A DNA stretch of 21,218 nucleotides, taken from the IMG/VR virus record IMGVR_UViG_3300022654_000009, one strand, 5' to 3'. This DNA is from a virus. The position numbers and the translations under genes were made by a program. Below the pieces are notes generated by a model. The model made no database searches. It worked only from the letters and a program-made list of their open reading frames with translations, and was not told the origin of the DNA. Positions 1-8,439 of the stretch are shown here, in pieces (within the stretch, counting starts at the first letter, position 1; every line of letters starts with the position of its first letter).

Positions 1-127
1 AATATTTCAATGTATATTGGGGCGGTTATTACAGCCGCCCCACATCTTATTAAAAAGGGGATTTGATTAAAATGGAAAAGACTTTAAGAGAATTAGAGCG
101 TGAAGCCTTATTACTTGCTTTTGGTAA
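1..127. repeat. Terminal direct repeat, copy 1 (identical to 21092..21218)
   Basis: Base-by-base comparison of the two window ends shows 127/127 identity. Confidence 0.95.
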
Positions 128-218
128 AGGTAACTGGGATAACTATTGGTATCTCAAAGGTAAAGCGGATGCTGAATTAGAACATTGGTTAGATACTTAT
201 ACAGATGATTTGAAATAA
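72..218 (+). CDS. Hypothetical small protein (48 aa, MEKTLRELEREALLLAFGKGNWDNYWYLKGKADAELEHWLDTYTDDLK)
   Basis: ATG..TAA ORF below the ORF-track cutoff. AAGGGG lies about 11 nt upstream. It fills an otherwise empty gap on the same strand as the neighbours. Confidence 0.45.
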   Translation: MEKTLRELEREALLLAFGKGNWDNYWYLKGKADAELEHWLDTYTDDLK

Positions 219-225
219 AATTTTT

Positions 226-254
226 TTGAAATTTCGGGCGAAAAAGGTTAGATA
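226..254 (+). promoter_or_regulatory. Candidate sigma-A-type promoter TTGAAA-17-TAGATA
   Basis: TTGAAA at 226..231, 17-nt spacer, TAGATA at 249..254. The spacer/-10 block TTTCGGGC..GGTTAGATAA recurs at 18677..18696. Confidence 0.35.
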
Positions 255-268
255 AGCCGCCTGTATTG

Positions 269-360
269 TCACTTATCAATGGAGGGCAGAAGCAAGAGTA
301 ATTAACTTGCCTAATGGCTGACACACCACAGCCGCAGCCCTTCTTATTATTGATAAGTGG
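269..360 (+). promoter_or_regulatory. Predicted structured 5' leader (three-way junction) ahead of the nuclease gene
   Basis: An 11-bp helix pairs 270..280 (CACTTATCAAT) with 349..359 (ATTGATAAGTG). It is extended by 281..287 (GGAGGGC) pairing with 337..343 (GCCCTTC). Two inner hairpins are 292..296/306..310 and 316..320/329..333. The 3' arm abuts the GGGG SD at 359..362. Confidence 0.4.
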
Positions 361-372
361 GGTGTTTGGTGT

Positions 373-831
373 ATGGACGATTTTTTAAAAGACTTACAGA
401 GAGGTAAGCAAGGTGAAGCGGCAGTTATTACAGCACTTGCCGCAAGAGGACACATTATTACAGATGTAAGTGATATAAGAGAATATCAAAGAAAAGATAT
501 AGATTTGATTGTTTCTAATAATGGTGCTTCTACTACTCTTGAAATCAAAACAGATACAGCGAGTGAAAACACAGGTAACTTGTTTATTGAGTATACCAAC
601 TTAAACAACAGAAGCCATAGCTATAAAGGCTGGTACTGTTACTGTGAAGCTGATTATATGTGTTTTTATCAAGAGAACTTGAAGAAAGCCCACATAATAA
701 GCAGATATGACTTAATACAGACAATAGAAAACAATAATTACAAAACCGCAAGCAGTTATAACGCTTGCGGTTATTTATTGCCTATTACGGCAGTTAAACA
801 AATGAAATCATACTTATGTATTGATTGTTAG
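373..831 (+). CDS. PD-(D/E)xK superfamily nuclease (Hjc/RecB-like fold candidate)
   Basis: 152 aa. N-terminal GKQGEAAVITALAARGH helix, then KDIDLIV (D42/D44) and TLEIKTD (E57-x-K59), giving a D..ExK arrangement typical of the fold. Confidence 0.5.
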   Translation: MDDFLKDLQRGKQGEAAVITALAARGHIITDVSDIREYQRKDIDLIVSNNGASTTLEIKTDTASENTGNLFIEYTNLNNRSHSYKGWYCYCEADYMCFYQENLKKAHIISRYDLIQTIENNNYKTASSYNACGYLLPITAVKQMKSYLCIDC

Positions 832-841
832 GAGTGATTAT

Positions 842-985
842 ATGATTTTACTATATATGCTTATGCTGCTTGTATTTCTACCACTATTGGTTGTTGCTTC
901 ACCCTTTATTGTATTTACAGCCCTTGTAATTGGTTTCGCTGATAGTGTAAAGGGGGTTGAAAAATGCCACGAAAAGAAGGTTTAA
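842..985 (+). CDS. Small hydrophobic membrane peptide (47 aa)
   Basis: GGAG at 831..834 lies 7 nt before the ATG. Sequence MILLYMLMLLVFLPLLVVASPFIVFTALVIGFADSVKGVEKCHEKKV is almost entirely TM-like. It overlaps the terS start by 22 nt. Confidence 0.45.
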   Translation: MILLYMLMLLVFLPLLVVASPFIVFTALVIGFADSVKGVEKCHEKKV

Positions 986-1353
986 CAGCAAAAGAACAGG
1001 CATTTTGTAATTACTATGTATTTGAAAATTTGAGTGCTACACAGGCTTACTTGAAAGCCTATGAATGTAAGCTAACCACAGCTAATAACGCTGGTTATCA
1101 GCTTTTGAAGAAACCACACATTAAAGAATACATTGCTACATTACAAAAACAGGCTTTTGAAGCCGCTTGTATCAGTGCTGAAAAGGTAGCATTGAAATTA
1201 AATGAAATTGCCTTTGCTGCTAAAGATGATAAGGATTATACAGTTACGGCACAGCTAAAGGCATTGGATTTACTACAGAAACAGTTAGGTATACAGAAAC
1301 AGACGCTTGAAGCGGATGTTAAAACCGATATTACCATTACTATTGAAGAATAA
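964..1353 (+). CDS. terS: Terminase small subunit (Terminase_2-like)
   Basis: 129 aa. LTAKEQAFCNYYVFENLSATQAYLKAY..AGYQLLKKPHIKEYI matches the classical small-terminase HTH signature. AGGGGG SD upstream, directly upstream of terL. Confidence 0.85.
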   Translation: MPRKEGLTAKEQAFCNYYVFENLSATQAYLKAYECKLTTANNAGYQLLKKPHIKEYIATLQKQAFEAACISAEKVALKLNEIAFAAKDDKDYTVTAQLKALDLLQKQLGIQKQTLEADVKTDITITIEE

Positions 1354-1369
1354 TAAAGAGGTGCTTACT

Positions 1370-1537
1370 ATGTTTGGTGTGAAGAATATTAGGCTTGTAG
1401 ACTATTTAGCAGAAAAGGGTATCTACCCTGTATATGATGATTTAGGTGTTACTTTCTACTGGAGAACACAACGACTGTTTGATGCTGTTGAAAGCTATTT
1501 TATCAAAACTGTGTGTATTCCCAATAAGGGTTATTAA
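1370..1537 (+). CDS. Hypothetical small protein (55 aa; possibly DUF5659-like)
   Basis: AAAGAGG SD before the ATG at 1370. The track ORF 1307..1537 has an unsupported N-terminal extension overlapping terS. Confidence 0.5.
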   Translation: MFGVKNIRLVDYLAEKGIYPVYDDLGVTFYWRTQRLFDAVESYFIKTVCIPNKGY

Positions 1538-2776
1538 GTGCCAGGCATTAAATTAAACTTGAAAAAATGTTTGTTTGTACCCCTCTATTTTCCCCTCTTG
1601 TTTGATTACTCGTCACGATGGGAGGTTTACAGGGGTTCAGCAGGTTCAGCTAAATCATACTTCATAACTCAAAAGCTGATTGTTAGGGCTTGTAGAGAGA
1701 AGATTAAAATATTAGTGTGTCGGCGTCACGCTTCAACACTTCGCAATACCTGCTTTTCTCTATTCAAGGATATTTTAGCTAAATGGCAGCTTACCCCCTA
1801 CATCAAGATTAGGGAAACAGATTTCAATATAAAATTCCCTAATGGCAGTGAAATCATTTTTATGGGGCTTGATGAAGAAACAAAGCTATTATCATTGAAT
1901 AACATTGGTTGTATCTTCATTGAAGAATGTTATGAAGTACCAAAGAACATTGTAGAACAGCTTAATTTAAGATTGAGGGGCAGCACAGAAAACCAGCAAA
2001 TCATAATGGCGTTTAACCCCATCAGTAAAAATCATTGGTTATATGACTTCTGCGAGATTAACCCACCTTCATCATTCAAATACATACACAGCACATATAA
2101 GGATAATCCATTTCTAAATGATGAATACATAGCTGAATTGGAAGAACTATATAAACGCAATCCAGCAAAAGCAAAAGTATTCTGTAATGGTGAATGGGGC
2201 GTTGATGCTGAAGGGCTTGTTATTACTAACTGGAAAAGTGAAGCATTTGATGCTATGGCTCTTGCCGCTACTGGTTTAGAACATCGGGCAGGATTAGATT
2301 TAGGATGGATAGATAAAACAGCTATTATTGATAGCCTATATGATAGAGATAACCACATTATTTATGTATTCAATGAATTTTATAAGAGTGGTTGCCAACT
2401 AACAGAAATAGTAGATGCTATTAGCAATATGAACTTGAAAAAAACTAAAATATTCGTTGATGCTGCTGAACCACGCAGCATTTCATATTTTAAGCAAATG
2501 GGAGTAAATGCCGCACCTTGTAACAAAGGGAAAGATAGCGTGAAAGCTGGGTTGATGTTTCTACAGGATAACCAGATTATAGTACACCCTTCGTGTCAAA
2601 ACCTGATAATGGAATTATCTAACTTTTCTTATATAAAGAGTAAGGAAACAGGCGAATATACAGAACACACTACACACGAATATTCACACGCTATTGATGC
2701 TTTAAGGTATGGATATAGCGATATATATACAAACAGCAAACTTAAAACGATTAGCAAGGCTTCTTTCAGCCTGTAA
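1538..2776 (+). CDS. terL: Terminase large subunit (PBSX/Terminase_3-type)
   Basis: 412 aa. Walker-A-like GSAGSAKS, Walker-B-like CIFIEE, C-terminal nuclease-domain motif HAIDALRYG. GTG start abuts the preceding stop. Confidence 0.9.
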   Translation: MPGIKLNLKKCLFVPLYFPLLFDYSSRWEVYRGSAGSAKSYFITQKLIVRACREKIKILVCRRHASTLRNTCFSLFKDILAKWQLTPYIKIRETDFNIKFPNGSEIIFMGLDEETKLLSLNNIGCIFIEECYEVPKNIVEQLNLRLRGSTENQQIIMAFNPISKNHWLYDFCEINPPSSFKYIHSTYKDNPFLNDEYIAELEELYKRNPAKAKVFCNGEWGVDAEGLVITNWKSEAFDAMALAATGLEHRAGLDLGWIDKTAIIDSLYDRDNHIIYVFNEFYKSGCQLTEIVDAISNMNLKKTKIFVDAAEPRSISYFKQMGVNAAPCNKGKDSVKAGLMFLQDNQIIVHPSCQNLIMELSNFSYIKSKETGEYTEHTTHEYSHAIDALRYGYSDIYTNSKLKTISKASFSL

Positions 2777-2788
2777 GGGGGTTACAGC

Positions 2789-3250
2789 TTGATTTATATA
2801 GAAAGTGGCAAGCAGCATTTATATCAATGGGATAATAACCAAAGATTAGTTATTGATAATGCTGATATTACAGAAGTACATTTTGAAAACGCTGAAACCG
2901 CAAACGCTTATGTTTGCGGCGTTTATTTTGATGATAATAAGTATGTAGCAGATATTCCAAATATCTTGTTACAAAGCAAGTGGAACATTAAAGCCTTTGG
3001 GTATAGCGGTGAAAGTGTATGTGAAGCTATTACTATTGATGTAAAGGGCAGAGATAAACCAGATGATTATACATATACCGAAACAGAAGTTAAGCGTTAT
3101 GACACTTTAGAAGCATTGATTAGAGATAATTACTATGATAAAGCTACTATTGATGCGAAGATACCAGAAAATATGGATATGACAAACTATTACACAAAAG
3201 CAGAAGTTGACGCACTTATTCCACCATATGCGGAGGAGGTAAGTTATTAA
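2789..3250 (+). CDS. Hypothetical protein with tandem fibre-like NYYxKAxxDAxIP motif
   Basis: 153 aa. TTG start 7 nt after AAGGGGG. Two copies of the motif are present (NYYDKATIDAKIP and NYYTKAEVDALIP, nt 3125..3223). Confidence 0.55.
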   Translation: MIYIESGKQHLYQWDNNQRLVIDNADITEVHFENAETANAYVCGVYFDDNKYVADIPNILLQSKWNIKAFGYSGESVCEAITIDVKGRDKPDDYTYTETEVKRYDTLEALIRDNYYDKATIDAKIPENMDMTNYYTKAEVDALIPPYAEEVSY

Positions 3251-3786
3251 TGGCAAGTGTTATTATAGATGATACTAATTTAAAAAACATTGCTGATGCT
3301 ATTAGAGAGAAAAACGGCACAGATGAAACTTATGTACCTTCAGCAATGGCAGACGCAATTAAAGCTATAGAAACTGGTTCTAAAATTGTATATGGTACTT
3401 ACACAGGCAGTAAGGATAATACAACACAAGTGGTATCACACGGATTAGGATGTAAACCAAAGATGATTTATTTGTATGTTGATGGTTTTGATACACCACC
3501 TACATCATCAACTACTTCTTTTGCGGGTTATAATCAATTCACAGAAGCAAATTATAACACGGAAACAGAAACAGGAAGTAGTACTTATTGCTATATCTCT
3601 TCATTTGGTTATTATTCAGGTTCATCATCAACCACAAGATTTTATAAAGCCCAATATACTTGGTATAAAAATCAAAGTGTTACAACAAAAGCAGATGCCA
3701 ATATAAGTGATGTAACAGAAACTACATTTACAACACCTAAATTCACTCGTGCTGGTATTACTTATAGATACTTTGCTATTGGATAA
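3250..3786 (+). CDS. Hypothetical protein, S/T/Y-rich C-terminal half
   Basis: 178 aa. TAATG overlap with the upstream ORF, GGAGGAGG SD. N-terminal LKNIADAIREKNGTDETYVPSAMADAIKAI helix pair. Confidence 0.55.
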   Translation: MASVIIDDTNLKNIADAIREKNGTDETYVPSAMADAIKAIETGSKIVYGTYTGSKDNTTQVVSHGLGCKPKMIYLYVDGFDTPPTSSTTSFAGYNQFTEANYNTETETGSSTYCYISSFGYYSGSSSTTRFYKAQYTWYKNQSVTTKADANISDVTETTFTTPKFTRAGITYRYFAIG

Positions 3787-3803
3787 ATGGAGGTGAAATA
3801 GAT

Positions 3804-5117
3804 ATGTTTTTCTTAAATAAAGAAACTGAATTGAATATTGAATTACTACAGAAGATGATTAACAAGTTTAATGTGTCTGTTTTGCCGCAATTACAGCGAT
3901 ACAAAAATTATTACGATGGTAAACAGGCTATTTTAAATAAACAATATACAGATGCTACAAAGCCTTGTAGCCGCACAGTTATCAATTATTGTAGAAATAT
4001 TAGTGATAGCTATTGCGGTTATCTTGCTACACCTTCCTACATCTCTTATAGCAGTAATGATGATATTAGCGAAATTATGGATATTTTACGCTATAACGAT
4101 TATCAAACAGAAGATGCTGCTTTACTATTGGATGCTTTGATTTATGGTGTAGCCGCTGAATTGATGTATATTGACGCAACAGGGCAAACACGCTTTAGAT
4201 TAATTAATCCTACTTCCTGCTTTGGTATCTATGATGATAGCTTAACAGGTGATTTAATGTATTTTGTGCGTATCTATGCTGTAAGTGAATGGGATGATAC
4301 AAACCTATTTAATGTGGATGTATACAGTGATTATGATATTAAGCACTATCAAATGAATGGTAACAATGGTTACTTGAAATTCTTAAATGCTGAACCACAC
4401 TATTTTTCACAGTGTCCGGCAAACATTCTAACACTACAGGATGAAAAAAGCGTATTTGATTGTATACTTACCCTTCAAGATGCCGCTAACGAACTTATTA
4501 GCAGTGAAATTGATGATTATACCGCCTTTTGTGATGCTTATTTAGCACTTATTGGTGTAGATGCTGATATTGATGATATTGCCGCAATGAAGGAAAACAG
4601 GGTTTTAGTTTTACCTGAAGGTGCTGATAGTAAGTGGATTACCAAAAACGCTAATGACGCACAAGTAGAAAATATACTAAAGAGAATACACGATAGTATT
4701 TATAGAATAGCACAATGCCCTGATTTCAGTAGTGAAACCTTTGTTGGTGGTGTTTCTTCTGGTATTGCCATTAGATACAGATTAACAGGAATGGAAACCA
4801 GAGCCGCAAAGATTGCCGCTGATATGAAGAAAGCACTACAACGCAGAGTTGAAATTATTTGTGGTATTGCTTCACTGAAACTTGGTGAAGATGTATTTAG
4901 GGATATTCAAATTGACTTTAAACGCAATATTCCAGAAGATAACAACACTACTATCAATATGATTAATTCTTTAAAGGGTTCTGTAAGTGATGCTACTTTA
5001 CTTTCTCTATTGCCTTTTGTTGATGATGTAAACGCAGAATTAGAAGCAGTACAGCAACAGAAGCAACAGAATATGGCTATGTATAACTTTGCTTCTGGAA
5101 GTGACACAGAAGAATGA
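3804..5117 (+). CDS. Portal protein (SPP1 gp6-like)
   Basis: 437 aa. GGAGGTG SD. N-terminal RYKNYYDGKQAIL motif typical of SPP1-family portals. Position follows terL. Confidence 0.85.
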   Translation: MFFLNKETELNIELLQKMINKFNVSVLPQLQRYKNYYDGKQAILNKQYTDATKPCSRTVINYCRNISDSYCGYLATPSYISYSSNDDISEIMDILRYNDYQTEDAALLLDALIYGVAAELMYIDATGQTRFRLINPTSCFGIYDDSLTGDLMYFVRIYAVSEWDDTNLFNVDVYSDYDIKHYQMNGNNGYLKFLNAEPHYFSQCPANILTLQDEKSVFDCILTLQDAANELISSEIDDYTAFCDAYLALIGVDADIDDIAAMKENRVLVLPEGADSKWITKNANDAQVENILKRIHDSIYRIAQCPDFSSETFVGGVSSGIAIRYRLTGMETRAAKIAADMKKALQRRVEIICGIASLKLGEDVFRDIQIDFKRNIPEDNNTTINMINSLKGSVSDATLLSLLPFVDDVNAELEAVQQQKQQNMAMYNFASGSDTEE

Positions 5118-5893
5118 ATTACTGGAAAGATAGACAAGCGGCAACACAGGCAGCACTAACAAAGAAGAATATAAAGCAAACTGAAAAGCAACTATTAAAG
5201 TATTATGATACCGCCCTACATAACACTATTGGGCGGTTTCATATAACTTATAACCATATTCTTTTAAGTATACAGAAGGGAAACACACCCACACCAGCAG
5301 ACTTATACAAACTTGATAAGTATTGGATGCTACAAAATGAATTACAGCAGGAAATGAAAAAGTTAGGTGATAAACAGCTACATTTGTTTTCAACACAGTT
5401 TATGAAGCAATGGGAAGATGTTTATAACGCTTTTGCTGTTAAGGATGATACCAATTTTAATAGGTATGATGATAAGTTAGCCCAACAGCTTATTAATGAA
5501 ATATGGTGTGCTGATGGTAAGAATTGGAGTACAAGAGTATGGAATAACACACAATTACTACAAGAAGCATTGAATGAAGAATTAGTAAACTGTGTTATCA
5601 ATGGTAATACAGCCGCACAATTAAGAGAGCGTTTACAATCACAGTTTGATGTATCTTGGAGTAGAGCAGACGCATTAGTTAGAACTGAATTAGCACACAT
5701 ACAAACCAAAGCAGCGGAACAACGCTATAAGGATATGGGGGTTAAAAAGGTTCAAGTGTGGGCTGATGAGGATGAAAGACGCTGTGATGTATGCGGCGAA
5801 CTACACGAAAAGATATATATGTTAGGTGAAAGCATACCAATACCAGCACACCCACGATGTAGATGCTGTATTATACCAGTTATTGAAGATTAA
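5114..5893 (+). CDS. Minor head / head morphogenesis protein (Phage_Mu_F, SPP1 gp7 family)
   Basis: 259 aa. ATGA overlap with portal. RADALVRTELAHIQ core and C-terminal CDVCGEL..PAHPRCRCCIIP motif. Confidence 0.85.
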   Translation: MNYWKDRQAATQAALTKKNIKQTEKQLLKYYDTALHNTIGRFHITYNHILLSIQKGNTPTPADLYKLDKYWMLQNELQQEMKKLGDKQLHLFSTQFMKQWEDVYNAFAVKDDTNFNRYDDKLAQQLINEIWCADGKNWSTRVWNNTQLLQEALNEELVNCVINGNTAAQLRERLQSQFDVSWSRADALVRTELAHIQTKAAEQRYKDMGVKKVQVWADEDERRCDVCGELHEKIYMLGESIPIPAHPRCRCCIIPVIED

Positions 5894-5920
5894 AGCCTTG
5901 TATTTATACAGGGCTTTTTC
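5894..5920 (+). terminator. Rho-independent terminator
   Basis: AGCCTTGTA-tTTA-TACAGGGCT stem (one G-U pair) followed by TTTTT. Confidence 0.65.
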
Positions 5921-6009
5921 TATTGCCTTTTTTATAGGGGTAAGGCGTAAAAGAAACAACTAAATGAATATTAGGGGCGGCAATAGCCGCAACTATGGAG
6001 GTTATGAAA

Positions 6010-6579
6010 ATGGATGAAATGATTACTAACAATAGTGCTATTGAAGAAACTGCTGAAAACCAGCAGGAAGAAGTTAAGACATATACACAGGATGAGGTTT
6101 TAAAACTCTTACAAAGTGAAACTGATAAGAGGGTTACAGCCGCATTGAAAACACAGCAAAAGAAGTACGAAAAACAGCTATCACTTTCAAAGCTGGACGG
6201 CAGCGAAAGAGAGAAAGCAGAAAAAGATAATAGGATTGCTGAACTTGAAGAACAGCTACAAGCATTTCAAATTGAACGAAACAAGAGTGAATTGAAAAGT
6301 GTGCTTTCTTCAAGGGGATTATCTGCTGAATTTGCTGACATTATTACTATCAATGATGATATTGAAACATCACAAGCCAACATTGATAAGTTGGATAAGT
6401 TATTTAAGGCGGCAGTAAAAGCAGAGGTTGAAAAACGCCTTGCTGGTAATGCCCCTAAAGGTAATGGCAGCGGCACACATACCGAAATCACTAAAGAAGC
6501 CGCTAAAAAAATGAGTATGGCACAGCTACAAGAGTTAGCAGCCACACAACCAGAACTATTTGAAAAACTGTTTAATTAA
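6010..6579 (+). CDS. Capsid scaffolding protein (DUF4355-like)
   Basis: Coiled-coil, charged protein with YTQDEVLKLLQSETDKR, immediately upstream of the capsid gene. GGAGG at 5997..6001 favours the ATG at 6010 over in-frame ATGs at 5995/6004. Confidence 0.75.
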   Translation: MDEMITNNSAIEETAENQQEEVKTYTQDEVLKLLQSETDKRVTAALKTQQKKYEKQLSLSKLDGSEREKAEKDNRIAELEEQLQAFQIERNKSELKSVLSSRGLSAEFADIITINDDIETSQANIDKLDKLFKAAVKAEVEKRLAGNAPKGNGSGTHTEITKEAAKKMSMAQLQELAATQPELFEKLFN

Positions 6580-6596
6580 TTGGAGGTAACTATACT

Positions 6597-7370
6597 ATGG
6601 CTAATACTGTTTATTCTAACAAGGTTATTGAAGCAAAGGCAAAGGATTTGCTTACTACTTCTTTAAATACTCGTTCTCTTATGACTATTGATAATTCCCT
6701 TGCTGAAAACGCTGGAATGACTAAAACCATTAATGTTTATACCTATTCTGGTACTGCTGAAGAACTTGCCGCTGGTAAGGGCAACACCAATAGAGGTAAC
6801 ATTACTTATGAAGGTACTGATTACACTGTAAAGATGGTTCAACAGGCTTTTGATTATCAGGATGAAGATTATATGAAGGATAATAGCATTGTTGATAATA
6901 TGCTTAAGGGTGCTAATCAGGTTATGGTTAATAAAATGACTGCTGATTTTATTGGTGAATGTGGCAAGGCTACTTTAAAGCACACTTTAGCCGCTGATTT
7001 GACTTATGATGATATTGTTGATGCTATTAGTGTTATGAATGTTGAGGATGAAAGCAAGGTATTTGTTATCATTCCTAACACTTGGAAAGCCGCACTTCGT
7101 AAAGATGATGATTATAAAGCCGCACGAATGGGTGAAGTAGTTTATAACGGACAGGTTGCTACTATTGCTGGTATTCCTGTTATTGCTACTAAAGCACTTA
7201 CTGATGCTGCTTATGTTATGACTGCTGAAGCCGTTAAGCTCTTTATGAAGAAAGATGTAGAAGTAGAGCAAGAAAGAGATGCCGACACCCGTACCAATTC
7301 TGTATATCTTCGTTCTGCTTACATTTGTGCTTTAGAAGATGCTACTAAAGTAGTTAAGATTTCTGCTTAA
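6597..7370 (+). CDS. Major capsid protein
   Basis: 257 aa. GGAGG SD. Follows the scaffold and is followed by a strong terminator. T-ending, highly-expressed-type codon bias. Confidence 0.8.
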   Translation: MANTVYSNKVIEAKAKDLLTTSLNTRSLMTIDNSLAENAGMTKTINVYTYSGTAEELAAGKGNTNRGNITYEGTDYTVKMVQQAFDYQDEDYMKDNSIVDNMLKGANQVMVNKMTADFIGECGKATLKHTLAADLTYDDIVDAISVMNVEDESKVFVIIPNTWKAALRKDDDYKAARMGEVVYNGQVATIAGIPVIATKALTDAAYVMTAEAVKLFMKKDVEVEQERDADTRTNSVYLRSAYICALEDATKVVKISA

Positions 7371-7387
7371 TTGAATAACTGACACTG

Positions 7388-7420
7388 GGAAGGGCTTTAA
7401 ATATGCCCTTCCTTCTTTAT
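7388..7420 (+). terminator. Rho-independent terminator after the capsid gene
   Basis: GGAAGGGC (7388..7395) pairs with GCCCTTCC (7405..7412), followed by TTCTTTAT. Confidence 0.7.
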
Positions 7421-7436
7421 AAGGGAGGGTATATTA

Positions 7437-7730
7437 ATGATTGAAAATATCAAAACTCTTTTAGGTGATGTAGCACACCAATACACAGACGAACAAATTA
7501 AGCTATATTATGAAATGGCTGTAGCTGAAGTAGAAGCATACTGTTACAGGGTACTTGATGCTGAATTAGAACTTATTACCCAACGCATAGCAGCGATTAA
7601 GCTAATTAGAAGTAACACAGAGGGGTTAACAAGTCAATCATTCAGCGGTGTTAGTGAAAGTTTCATTGACGGATACCCACAAGATATTATGAATGTGCTT
7701 AACAGAAAGCGGAAGGTGAAGCTACTATGA
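7437..7730 (+). CDS. Head-tail connector (gp6-like / Phage_connect_1)
   Basis: 97 aa. IKTLLGDV..YTDEQIKLYYEMAVAEVEAYCYR pattern typical of gp6-like connectors. GGGAGGG SD. Confidence 0.7.
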   Translation: MIENIKTLLGDVAHQYTDEQIKLYYEMAVAEVEAYCYRVLDAELELITQRIAAIKLIRSNTEGLTSQSFSGVSESFIDGYPQDIMNVLNRKRKVKLL

Positions 7731-8020
7731 TTGCTAAAGAATTACGCTATTATGAATGTATCAAATACGATAGTGAAAGCGAATATGGTACACCTGTTTT
7801 AAATGACAAATTCATTAGATTTGTTAGGATAGCTATTTACCCAACTTCTACAAGCGTACAAGATAGTGTTTTATATAAGTCTGCTGAATACATTGGTTTA
7901 ACGCCAGAAGCCGGAATTGATGATAAATATGTAATTCAGTATGGAGAGAAGCGGTTAAAAGTGCTTTATTCCATTGATAACGGCAGATACAAACAACTAT
8001 TTATGGAGTGTATAAAGTAA
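7727..8020 (+). CDS. Head closure / head-tail adaptor protein
   Basis: 97 aa. ATGA overlap with the upstream gene. Call is by position in the connector module. Confidence 0.55.
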   Translation: MIAKELRYYECIKYDSESEYGTPVLNDKFIRFVRIAIYPTSTSVQDSVLYKSAEYIGLTPEAGIDDKYVIQYGEKRLKVLYSIDNGRYKQLFMECIK

Positions 8021-8439
8021 TGGGTGTAGTGTTTGAAGGGCTTGATGAAGTATTTGATACTCTTGATACAATAGCAAACCCATTAGGCATTGAAGCAGCA
8101 TTACAAAAGGCTTGTATGTTAGTTGAAAGAGAAGCACGAACTAACGCACCAAAAGAAACAGGTGAATTAAGACGCAGTATTACAAGTAAGGTAGAAGGGC
8201 TTACAGGTACAGTATTTAGCCCTCTTGAATATGCCCCATATGTTGAATATGGCACAGGCTTATTTAGTAGTCACCCAATGGGAGGACGGCAAAATGTACC
8301 TTGGCTTTATAGGGATGAAAGAACAGGTGAATATTTTTATACATCAGGGCAACACCCACAACCTTATATGATACCAGCACTTAATGATAATAGAGAAGAA
8401 ATAATTAGAATTATAAGGGAGGGCATAACAAAGAAATGA
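8020..8439 (+). CDS. HK97 gp10-family tail-joining protein
   Basis: EREARTNAPKETGELRRSI matches the gp10 signature (aP.dTG.LrrSi). TAATG coupling at 8020 is preferred over the GTG at 8008. Confidence 0.75.
   Translation: MGVVFEGLDEVFDTLDTIANPLGIEAALQKACMLVEREARTNAPKETGELRRSITSKVEGLTGTVFSPLEYAPYVEYGTGLFSSHPMGGRQNVPWLYRDERTGEYFYTSGQHPQPYMIPALNDNREEIIRIIREGITKK

Noticed and set aside
269-360. Assignment of the leader to a known class (purine riboswitch, hammerhead ribozyme, tRNA-like).
   Set aside because: The topology is similar, but the conserved junction nucleotides I know are not in the right places: hammerhead CUGAUGA/GAAA and the purine-riboswitch J1/2, J2/3 and loop-loop motifs. It is left as an unclassified candidate.
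1307-1369. The longer version of the small ORF (1307..1537), which overlaps the end of terS.
   Set aside because: The internal ATG at 1370 has an AAAGAGG SD at the proper distance, whereas the upstream start has none and lies inside terS.
2032-2358. Antisense ORF (108 aa) inside terL. The same class includes 4907..5137, 5422..5709, 6267..6545, 6987..7271, 8001..8255, 8608..8802, 10061..10288, 10658..10999, 11201..11491, 13413..13595, 13535..13807, 14866..15132 and 15307..15570.
   Set aside because: All lie fully inside well-supported + strand structural genes and have no SD. Their compositions are low-complexity mirror images of the sense frame, so they are classic shadow ORFs.
3476-3706. 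Same-strand alternative-frame ORFs inside longer genes (3476..3706, 3952..4140, 10384..10581, 11719..11913).
   Set aside because: They are embedded out of frame in genes with clear family signatures, have no SD, and have implausible L/I/H-rich composition.
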